From: the human T2T-CHM13v2.0 reference genome, Homo sapiens
NCBI RefSeq assembly: GCF_009914755.1
Contig: NC_060927.1
Direction: 5' to 3' (one strand)
DNA length: 64,000 nt
The first letter of the stretch is position 1, and each line of letters starts with the position of its first letter. Of this stretch, positions 52,829 through 64,000 are shown piece after piece. The translations under genes were made by a program, and so were the position numbers. The notes beneath the pieces were generated by a model, which did no database searches, was not told the origin of the DNA, and worked only from the letters and a program-made list of their open reading frames with translations.

Positions 52829-55800
52829 AAGTAATTTATTCTTTTTGCTGCTATTATAAACAGAATTGTTTTCTTAATTTGCTGTTTGGATTGTTCATTG
52901 TTAGTATATAGAAATGCAACAGATTTTTTGTGTTGACTTTGTATCCTGATACTTTGCTAAATTCATTTATTAGTTCTAGTGGTGGTTTTGTGGAATCTTT
53001 AGGGTTTTCTGCACATAAGATCATATCATCTGCAAAGAGAGATAATTTTACTTCTTCTCAATTTGAATGCCTTGCATTTTTTTTTCTGCCTAATTGCTCT
53101 AGCTAAGACTTCCAGTGCTATGTTTCATAGAAGTGACAAAAGTGGAGATCCTTGCCTTGTTCCTGATTGTAGAGGAAAAGCTTTCAGTCTTTCACCATTG
53201 CTTATGATATTTGGGGTGCGTTTTTTACGTATGGATTGTATGGACTGTTTGTTGTATATATGGATTGGATGGATTGGATGTTGTAGTTTTTGTCTACGTT
53301 TCTAAGGGTTTTTATCATGAAAGGGAATCAAATGCTTTTTCTGCATGAATTGAGATAATCACATGGTTTTTCTTCATTCTGTTAATGTTACATATTGCAT
53401 TGATCATTCCAGGAATAAATCCCATTTGGTCATAGTGTATAATCTTTTTAATATGCTGCTGAATTCAGCTTGCTACTGTTTTGTTGAGAATGTGTGTGTG
53501 TGTGTGTGTGCATGCGTGCATGTGTGCACGTGTGCACATGCAGTTACTCTAATAAAAGTAAATGTTTTGGAGCATAGGCATAGTGTGTTTTCTGATTCAG
53601 AGATTCTATTTTGTTCTAGTAGGACCTTTAATTTTTACCAGTTTCTTCATTCTTACCTTCATCACAAGTTTCCAGAGGATGCTACCTTGGTCCAGATCTC
53701 ACTCCTTTCCCCAGCAATCTGCCTTTCCCAACATTGGCAGCTTTGATCCTCTGTACCATGAAGTCCCTTCTTTTCAACTCCCCAGAAGTCAGTATTATTA
53801 ATTAACCAGGTCTCAGGCATGTTCTGAGTTTATCTACACTTGCTCTCTGTGGATGATGAGGATTTTTACATGTTCATAAGAGATATTGGTCTGTAGTTTT
53901 GTTCATAAGAGATATTGGTCCGTAGTTTCATTTTCTTGTGGTGTATTTGCCTGGCTTTGGTATCATGGTAATCCTGGCCTCTTAGAATTAGTTAGGGAGT
54001 GTTGTCTCCTCTTCAAGTTTTTGAAAATGTTTGAGAAGGATTGGTGTTAGTTCTTTAAATGTTTGTAAAACTCACCAATGAAGCCCTCCAGTCCAGAGCT
54101 TTTCTATGTTGATCGTTTTTTTATTACTGATTCAATCTCCTTTCTAAGTCTACTCAGGTTTTCTATTTCTTTGTGACTTGGTTTGGTAGGTTTTATGTTT
54201 CTAGGTATTTGTCCATTTCATGTGTGTTATCCAATTTGTTGGTGTACAGTTGCTGATAGTACTCTCTTATAATTCTTTTTATTTCTGTAGAATCAGTAGT
54301 AATGGCCCCACTTTCATTTGTATGTTTTAGTAATCTTCTCTCTTTTTTCTTAGTCCATCTACCTAAAGGTTTGTCAATTTTGTTGATCTTTTCAAAGAAA
54401 CAACTTTTGTTGTTTTTCTGGATTATTTTCCTATTTTCTATTTCATTCATCTCTGCTCAGCTCCGTTCTTCTGCTAGTATGGGGTAATTTTGTTCTTTTT
54501 CTAATTCCTTAAGTTGTAAAGTTAGGTTTTTCATTTCAAATCTTGTTTTTTTTTTAAATGTTTCTATAGCTATAAATGTTCTCCTTAGCATTCCTTTTAT
54601 TGTATCCCATAAGTTTGGTATATATTTCCATTATCATTCATTTCTAAATATTTTAAAATTTCCTTTGTGATTTCTTCTTTGATCCATTGGTTAAGAGTAT
54701 GTTGTCTAATTTCCTCAAATTTGTGAATTTTTCAGTTTTCCTTCTGTTATTGATTTGTAACTTTATTCTGTTATGGTCAAAGAAGATACTTGTATGACAT
54801 CTATCTTTTAAAATCTATTGAGACATAATTTGTGACCTATGTATGTTCTATCCTGGAAAATGCCCCATGTGCACTTCAAAAGAATTTGTATTCTGTTGTT
54901 GATATATAGAGTGTTCTGTACATGTCTGTTAAATCTAGGTAATTTATTGTGTTGTTCAAGCCCTCTGTTTCCTTACTTATCTTCTGTCTAGTTGTTCTAT
55001 CCATTATTGAGAGTGGGATATTGAATTCTGCAAATATTATTGTAGACATTTCTATTTCTCCTTTCAATTCTGTCCATTTTTGCTGTATATTCTTTGATGG
55101 TCTGTTATTAGATACGTAAATGTCTACAGTTATATCTTCTTACTATGTTGAACCATTTATTAATATATAATATCCTTCTTTGTCTCTCATAATCATTTTT
55201 GATTTAAACTTTATGTCATCTGGCATTAATATAGCCACCACTGCTCTATTTTGGTTATTATTTGCATAGAATACTCTTTTTCATTCTTTCACTTTTAACC
55301 TATTTGTGCCTTTAGAACTAAAGTAAATCTCTTGTAGAAAGCAGATAGTTGGATTGTGGTTTTTAAAAAATCCATTCTGCCTATGTATGTCTTTTGTCTA
55401 TGTCTCTCCAGTTTAACCTATTACATTTAAAGTAATTGCTGATAAAGAGGGACTTACTTTTATCATTTTGCTATTTGTTTTACATATGTCTTAAAGCTGT
55501 TTTCCTCTCGTTTTTTGCATTAATGTCTTCTTTTGTGTTAATTTTATTGTGGTGAAACATTTAAATTTCTTTCTCATTTCCTCTTGGCTACTGTCCTTCC
55601 TTTTCAACTTACAGAACTTCCTTTAGCACTTCTTACAGGGCAGGTCTAGTGGCAACAAACTCCCTCAGCTTTTGTTCATTGGTGAATGCCTATTTCTCCC
55701 TCACTTTTGAAGGACAGTTTTGCCAGATAGAGAATTCGTGGCTAGCAGGTTTTTGTTTTGTTTTGTTTTGTTTTTCCTTTAGCACTTTAAATATATTAGC

Positions 55801-57941
55801 CCACTGTCTTCTAGTCTTCAGAGTTTCTGATGACAAATCTGCTAATAATCTTATTGGGAATCCCTGTTTATAATGAGTTGCTTTTTTCTTGCTGCTCTCC
55901 AAATTCTCTGTTTGTCTTTGTCTTTCAACAGTTTAGACACAATGTATCTCGGTAGGGGTCTCTTTGGGTTCTTGCTACTTGGATTTCGTTGAGTTTCTTG
56001 GATATTTATACTCATGGCTTTTATCAGATTTGAAAAGTTTTCAGTCATTATTTTTTCAAATACTCTATGTGGCCCTTTCTCTTTTCCTTTTGAACTCTTA
56101 TAATGAGTGTGTTTGTCTGCTTGAAGATGTTCCATGGGTCCCTTGGTCTCTGTTCAATTTTCTTTAGTCTTTCTGTTCTCAGACTCAATAATTTTCATTG
56201 TTGTGTGTTTAGGTTTCCTGATTCTTTATTCCACCTGCTCCAATCTGTCTCTGAGTTCCTCTAGTGAATTTTTTATTTCAGTTTTTGTACCTTTCAGCTC
56301 CAGAAAGTTTCCCAAAAGGGAGGAAAGAGAAAAATTGAAGTGGATGGGGAGAAGGAAAAGGGCCCCAGCCTTTTAAATCCCCTAGAAGTCACTTCAATCC
56401 AAGAGAAAGTGGCTTAGAACAATGAGAGGAAGTGTAACACCATTAGCTGCCACCATTTTGTCTGCTTTTGTGTGATCAGAAGCAGCAATCAGTGATCAGT
56501 GCACAGATATCCAATATTTGGATGACAGGGTAATTTTTTGCAGGATGCTCTCCTGAGTCCTATACCATAAGCTGTTTGCAGGCTATTTTAGGAACACAGG
56601 CATAATTACCTGCCTCAGGGGTAAGGAGTGTTGAATGGGAAGCTGTTGCTGTGCTAAGAGCTGTAATTGACCAAAATTTAAGATAATTTACAGTCCAAGC
56701 CTTCCCTTGGAAATTGTAAGCAGTGAGTAGACTCCAGAGTTCCAAAACAGCCATATCAAACAGATTCTGCCAGTGCAGTACTGTTGTCTAAGTGGGGAGA
56801 GAGATTTCCAGAGCTTCTTGCTCTGTCATCTTCCTAGAATCCTCTCTTTAATTAATTCTTGCTTTATTAAAGTATATCTTGTTTTTTCCTAGGGTTTATG
56901 CTCTAATATCTTTTATGTGTAGTTGAAATACATTTTTTTTCTTATTTATTAGTTAATATATTTATAACTAGTAGAATCATTGCTTCAAGTATGTATACCT
57001 TAGGCCAATCTTCAAAGACTTTGAAATATAATATTATTATTATCATTATTTTCCAACTATTCTGTTTCGAGTCAAGGGTAGTGTGTTTGAAGTTTTTATT
57101 CACAATAACCTCAATTTTTGTTAATGATTAATTTCTAGTTTTTATATCTTTGGTTAAAGGGTGATATCTATAGTCTACCTTTTATAGAATTATGACTATT
57201 TCCTTTATAACAAATTTGTGAATGTTTCATGAGCATTTAAACAGAAGATATGCTCTCTGTTTCTTAGCACAAAATTTATTATAAGGTTATTGTTATTTTC
57301 CCCTTGTATTTTATTTCTGGCTATTTTTATTTTGTATCATTCACCATTTTTTTTTTTTGGTGCAAAAAGCTTCATGCCAGTTATATCTTAACTGATTTAT
57401 ATATGTCCTTAATAATTGAAAGTTACCACTTTTTCCCATCTAATGCTATTTAATATTAAATTCTATTTGTCAATATTATTATGGATAATACTGTTTGCAT
57501 TTTTTATAATGTAAATATTATATGACAATATTGCTGATGTTAATATAGTGATACTAATGTTAATATTGGTATCATTAATAATGTTATATTAATTATTGTT
57601 ACTTGCATATTTTTATTGAATTATTAGGTGTAGTTTGGCCTATCTTTAGTACTCAATAATTTTTTTTGAGAAAGTTGGTATTGGTTTGGTATTTTTAACT
57701 GGTCTGAAAGCTTTTTATAATATTTGAAATGTATTACACCTATACTCCTAGTCTGTTTTATTACTAGTGACTAGTTTTGCATTTTTAAAAGCCACTTAGA
57801 ACTAAATGATGTTATCAAGTTCAAAAAATAAAATTATTAATGTACTGTCTTCACTGAAAGATGAGGAACTTAGGATGTGTTTCCTCCCAACTCCCAGTTT
57901 GTCTTAATAAGCTCTGGGTATTTTGTCCAGGTCTACTGTCC

Positions 57942-58630
57942 TCTATTGCATCAATTCTAAGACTCGTGTTTTAACATATTACTATCTCTGAAATTGGGAT
58001 GTTTTAAACAATCGCATGTTAAAATAGCTGCTGCCTTGTGATGGTAGTGATTAAGCTGTCTTTGCCTGTGCATGCAGGTATTTGGCATGACTGAATAAGT
58101 ACAACTTCTTGACATTTCAGTCAACACACCACTTAAGGACCATTTGAGGAGAGAATAAAGGTGTTACTTGTCTGAAAATCTTCCTTTGATGCCTCCTGTT
58201 AAGAACAAGAACATGACAGCCTCAAATTATACAGAATGGATATTGATGGCTTAGAGAAAAAGTCCTGGAGACAGCAGAGAAACTCCCTTAAGAAATTAGG
58301 CATCATCATCAGTTCTCTCAATGGTGCAGAGAACTATTCTGTGTGGAAAACTTCAGACATCTACAGCAATGAATCAAATAGTGATTCAAAAGATTCTGGC
58401 TTGAAATGGGAAAATGTTTTAGGAATAGCTTTATTAATTTATTTAGCTTATTGTTTCCCTTTTATGTTATTAGAGAGTGATACATGATAAATCAGTCTTT
58501 AAGCACACTTTAAACAAATATAAAATAAAAATTCTAAGTAATAAAAAGGCATTGTTTTTAGTTAGCAGCGTACTTTCTTAGTGGGATATAAAATTGTGGT
58601 GCCACTTGGAATTTATGCTGTCATAATTTG
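57942..58630 (+). mobile_element. Kanga1/MER104-like (TcMar-Tc2) DNA transposon remnant
   Basis: 5' end 'tattgcatcaattctaagac...tctctgaaattgggatg' resembles the recalled MER104/Kanga terminus; internal 'cttgacatttcagtcaacacaccacttaaggaccatttgagg' reads LDISVNTPLKDHLR, like a pogo-type DDE C-terminal motif. Confidence 0.6.
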
Positions 58631-58870
58631 TTAACTTGGAAGTTCCTTTTAAAAAATGTTTTACTATATATAGTTTTTTTTTCAAGAATGAATAGTTTGC
58701 CTTTTAGTTTATTAATCCCAGTTATCACAACTAATTAAACTTAATTTGTTCATGACATAACTTCCTCATTCATAACTTTTTAATGCTAATTCATCTATCA
58801 GCTGGAAGCAGTCTTAAAATAGATTTTTCTTTTCTGAAAAGAGTTTTGACTGATAAATTTCCTGAGGTTT

Positions 58871-58872
<2 letters not shown>

Positions 58873-58927
<55 letters not shown>
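58873..58927. repeat. (TA)n microsatellite
   Basis: Read directly. Confidence 0.95.
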
Positions 58928-59829
58928 CTTCAGCATCTAATAATTATCTACTAACTCCAGATTTTTTCTATTCATCTTACTACTCAAAGAGGTTTTGCAT
59001 TTTTTGTTACTTTCTATAGCCATTTAATACAAGGGACAGCTTGTCTGGAAAATGATTTGAGTCACCCTTTTTTTCCATCAGAAATTAATCTTTTTTGTTT
59101 CATGTAGAATTACCAAGACGTTAAAGGTTTCCCTGCTCTATTTTAAGTGTGTGTGTGTTTTCTTTGTAGGTAAGCAATTTTTTGAGTGTTTGTATGCCTT
59201 TTATATAGGCCCTTTATTTAAGGTTCCTGTGTACTCATATTTAAACAGAGTTTAACATTCCAATTGGGCCTAATATTTGCCAGAAAAAAATAGCATAGAT
59301 AGAATCTTCCTTACCTAATCCCTCTTTTCCTGACCAATGTTTGAATGCCATCTTTAACTTATTCTAAAGGGCTGGAAGCTACTTCAAGGATGTGGAAGGA
59401 AGGCAGGAGCCATAGAAAATTGCAATGAGGGAATTTTGTGGGTGTGTGCTTTTCCTCTACATTGCTTGAAACTCCTGCTTTGAGAGCCAGTTCCACACAG
59501 ATACAATTACTACTGTCTCCTGTTTGTGAGGAGGGAGTATCAGTTGAATTTTAGTTTCTTCTCTTGTTTTAGATTAAGCCCCCTAATTTGGTGAGAAATC
59601 TGGTTAAGTGAAGTTCCTTGAAAGCAGCACACAACTTTTCTCTAAAGCTGTGAAATTGGTAATTAGAATTTTTTATATTTTATACTTATAAATACTATAT
59701 AATATTTTGTATGTTTTATATTTATGTCTTATACGTTTAACGTACAATATAAACTATTTTAACATTTTAGATTTAATATTTTGTATATATGTTAATATAT
59801 ATATTCTGCCCTGCAAAACCAGACTCCAC

Positions 59830-62800
59830 ACAGCATAATCAAATAAACCTTTTATTTACAGGCAAAGGATATAGTACAAGAAGAAAAAGAGAATACAGAT
59901 GACATCGGGGGTCCAAGAGACATTCCATATTTAAGCTTCATAATGTCCTTATTTGCACACATATACCACACTGCCTTCATTTTCTCCAGCTGATAGATTT
60001 GTGTAAGAAATCTTGACTTTGAGAGTTCAATGTCATTCCCAACAGGGTCTTTATGTCTGTCTGGTCATGTTATCAGCCAGTCTTACTTAATGTATTAGGC
60101 CAGTTGGAAACCATCATTAAAGAAACTGACCCTGGTGATCACCAGAGTAGTTTCAGACTATAAACAACACATCATAAATCCCACTGCCCTTATCTTGGCC
60201 CAAAGACAAAACTGGACATTCTGATGACCCCAGAGATTATGACAGTGTTTTCTGGTCTAATTAAACCATAGTCTTCATATACCTTTACCACGCCTCCTTC
60301 CTCCAATTAGGAAGCTAAGTGGGTAAGAAAGAAAAAATAAAGGCAGAGCATAACGATGTCACCCATCTTTGGCCTCTTAGCCGGAGCTGATCCTTACATG
60401 GGCAGTAGACTATAAGTGTGTTAATTATTTTTCCTACTGCAGAGCTTCTTCACGTTGGAATGGTGAATAGGTACACATTTCTCAAAGCTCAAAGTGCAAG
60501 TCTAGGTATATTCTCTAGTTTCAATCTTGGTGAAATTTTTTTCTATGAATTCATTACTTTTTAGTTTATTTCAGGGAGGGGGTGGTGTTTTTTAATGAAT
60601 TAATACAAGTGTCAGCATCTTTCATGGACATCCAGACAATTTCTTAAAGATGGGAGAGGTAAAAAATCTTCAGGAGAAACTGTGCCTGAACTGTGAGTAT
60701 CCAGAAGCCATTGACCATGTTAATGGTGGAGCCAATATGAAGTACTTGCTAAATCATGTGGTGCGTGAAAGGAAGAGCAATGTTATAATTGCATCCTCCT
60801 AAAGACTACATAACCATCATCACTCATCATCTCTCCCTGGTCCCTTCCACCTGCCAAACCCCCATAAAAACCCATAATTGATGATACATATTAGTTTATA
60901 ATTAACGGCGTACCTAACTGTTCTCTACTAGTCTGAGCCTCTGTACAGAGAAATGTCAGTTTTGTATTCCTGGTTCCTGGAAAAGTACATATAGAATAGT
61001 ATAAATACAATAAATGTTTGAATTATCGTATAACTTGAGTCTAAATTTTAAGTTAGTATCCTGTATTAAGAACTGGGTTGATCAAATGGTTCTTTCTTTG
61101 CACATATCAAGGCTTTCGACTATTCCCAATCAGGTCTTCCCAAATTTGGGCATATTCCTGCCTCTGCCTACCCTGTTCTAATTTGGCACTCTAAAGATAG
61201 TTCATAAAAAGCAAGCCAAAGATAGAAAAGAGAGCTAAGGCTACAGGAGGAATTTACTCTTTAACATTTGGGGGAAGGAAAATGAGGCTTGTCTACAGCA
61301 GGGACTGGCTGTCTTCCAGAAATGGTTTCCCAAGGTGTTCCCTACCTCTCTTTTTCTTGGATATCTTTTTGCATTATAGATAGCCTTGGGAAGGGTGTCA
61401 CCTTTATCCTATCAGTTCCACCTAATCAACTGTAGTCATCTGAGAGCCAGAATTATTATTGATAGAGGGGCCTGGGAAAGGAGAAAAGGACCAGGAGAGA
61501 GGAAGGTATACTTATTGCAGAGGAGAAAAGCCAAAGAACGTTTGCCCATGGGCAGTCTTAGCTATTTAAAATCACCCACTTCTTCATCCGGCTCCCTTGG
61601 CATATGTATCAGCCCATGGATTGGGAGGTGTAGGACCATTCTTTTTCTTTCTGGAAGGAAAGCACTGACATTTAAGCTCTGTGCGGTCTGCTCAGGGGCT
61701 GCCCAGTTTGTCCAAGCTTTAGGATATTAGAGAGATTACGCATTTGTGGTCTCAAGTTAGGAAACTGTTGAAGAACAAATATGTCCCTTATTAGAGGGAC
61801 TCTTTAGATGTTTAGGGTACTCACAATCCTTGCCAACCTGATGTCCTTGGAAGCTCCAGTCTGGCTGTAAGGAGATGATGAGGGGTTCTGTGTGTTGGAG
61901 GTGATGACCTCATTGAGTCTCAGCCACAGCAGGGCATTATGCAGGAAAGAATTCAATGGAGTTATTTAATACCTTTCCCTATTCCCACAAAAATCTGGAA
62001 CTGGGTTCTGAACTGAGAAGTCTGGGTTCCCTGAGAATTGGACATCAGTTCAACCACAGGAAGCCTCTAAATTTAGCACTCTACTCACAGAGGGCCAAGA
62101 AAAATTCACAAATGTCACAAACTTAGGAACTTAGGTATCTAGTCTTCTCTGTCATTTTGTAATGAGAAACTGAGGCCCATAGGTAAAACATCTCACCTCC
62201 AGTCACACAGGTAAGTACATGGCAGGGCAAGGACAGGCACCCAGTTTTCCCAAGTCCAGTGGCCTTTTCATGATACCCATTTCTGTGTATCATTTCATTG
62301 ATTTCTGTGACAGCTGGCCCTTTGCCCCACATCACCAAATCTTAACTCTTTGGACTTTAATAATGTGCAAAATTAAGAGGAAGTCTGGCATCGGGAGCTT
62401 TACACAACTCAGAGAGAACTGAGGAAAGTAGTTAGCATGTTAACTGTGCCTCACCTTGACCTGAAGTGAAGAGCACTCACCAAGCCACAACCTGCTATCT
62501 GCACACCCCACACCATGAGGTAAAGGACAGCCAAGGAAGAGAAAGGAAAGAAAAGCAATCCGGCAGGGAGATCAGGGAGCGAAACGAACAGAGAAACGAA
62601 CAGAGGTTTTTTCCAAGGGCCTTCTATTTTTCTACAATCTCCACACATTCAGTACTGAGACACATTAAGAAGGGCCCACTGAGGCCATCATTCACCCTAC
62701 TCTCGGGCTGCTTCCATCCTCCAGGCTTCTAGAAGTTGAGAAAGTATGAGCTTCATTGTTAATTATATTACAGAAAATGGGACCAGCTGGGTTGCACCCA

Positions 62801-64000
62801 CTCCCCTGTGTCTGGACCTCCTGCCTATGTAGCAGAAAAGGATCTTTCTGCTGAATTAATATTCACCTCAGAGCCCTGGGAGATGTCTGATGAAAAGTAG
62901 TTTTTGAAGAGTCTTGTGACAACCAGCAATTTCGGCAAAGCTATGTCCTCAAGAGTCTTCCAGATTTCCCCAACTCTACAGAATGCTTTTCTTTTTAAAT
63001 ACCATAATCCCATAATCTTTCTCAAAAATTATAAAACTGTATTTTATTTTTCTCATTTATTTGGGAGTTTGGTAAGAAACGTTTGGGAAGAAATGCTTTT
63101 ATGGAGAAACTACTCAGATTTGAAACTACCTAGTTTATACTACCAGAAGACAGAGATTCAGGTTAGCTAGTTTGCTAATCCTCACAGTTTCAGAGATATG
63201 CCTTGTATTTTTCCAGATTATAGGCTTTGAGGACATTCACCAATAGCATCCTCCTCTGAATGTATTTTGGTCCTTTTGCTAAGCTATGTCTTATTTTATA
63301 GTCCTCCAAATGATGATCTATGACTTCTCTGCCTGCTCATTAGAGGAAGAAAAGCTCAGATGCATTGCTAACTATTATTTCAATGCCAGTGGAACTGGAG
63401 AAATGCTTGAAAAAGTAATCTCAGGTTGTAAAAAAGAACTATCTTTTTTTGGTTGCAGGAGCTAGAACCCTATTATTCTGAGAGTAAATTTTCTATTATT
63501 CCTATCTAATTCATTTTCTTGGGAGATGAAACTCCCTCTTTTTTTTGGTGGGGAGACAGGGTCTCACTTTGTCACCCAGGATGATGATGATGGAGTGCTG
63601 TGGCACGATCACGGCACACTGAAGCCTCGACCTCCTAGGCTCAAGCGATTCTCTCACTTCAGCCTCCTGAATAGCTGGGACCACAGACACACACCACCTT
63701 ACCCAGCTAATTTTTTGTATTTTTTTGTAGAGACAGGGTTTTGCCGTGTTGCCCAGGCTGGTCTCGAAGTCCTGGGCTCAAGCGACCCGCTCACCTTGGC
63801 CTCCCAAAGTGCTGGGATTACAGGTGTGAGCCCCTCACTGCTCCTGGCTCCCTCATTATTATATTTCCTGAAGTTGACATGATTTGGGTCCTTTACTTAG
63901 AAATTGTCATCACACAATTTCAGAAAGGTAAAGAAATCCATTTTTATTGGCAACTTTGGGCTATGCTTCATCCTGGCAAAAATTTAAAAGCAGTACACTT
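59830..64000 (-). other. CCDC80: Probable distal part of the long CCDC80 3' UTR
   Basis: No CCDC80 coding sequence is visible. Based on recalled gene order (ATG3-SLC35A5-CCDC80, the last on the - strand) and a minus-strand AATAAA at 59856-59851. Confidence 0.35.
63540..63850 (-). mobile_element. AluJ
   Basis: Diverged reverse Alu ('gggtctcactttgtcacccagg', 'cctgggctcaagcga') with a (GAT)n insertion. Confidence 0.88.

Noticed and set aside
54193-56135. ORFs resembling L1 ORF1/ORF2
   Set aside because: Short broken remnants of a dead L1, not functional genes.

Overview
AT-rich, repeat-dense human genomic DNA. An AluYb8 and an SVA point to human, and the gene pair matches the ATG3-SLC35A5 locus on 3q13.2. 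Two genes are arranged head-to-head around a CpG-island bidirectional promoter at about 24.2-25.6 kb. ATG3 (autophagy E2-like enzyme, - strand) has coding exons 1-9 in the window (codons 1-222); the rest lies left of base 1. SLC35A5 (nucleotide-sugar-transporter family, + strand) is complete: 7 exons, 424 codons, 3' UTR to about 47.2 kb. All splice junctions were reconstructed by hand and keep frame. The remainder is Alu, L1, L2, LTR (LTR7, LTR5, THE1, MLT2), SVA and DNA-transposon sequence. The last ~4 kb is probably the distal CCDC80 3' UTR, from recalled gene order only. I find no clearly new gene system. The best leads are: a 57-codon uORF plus a start-overlapping uORF in the SLC35A5 leader; LTR7, SVA and LTR5 elements clustered round the promoter, with SVA and LTR5 forming an inverted HERV-K-derived pair; and several non-TE local rearrangements (inverted and tandem duplications). 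Repeat subfamily names come from recalled consensus sequences, not a database search.
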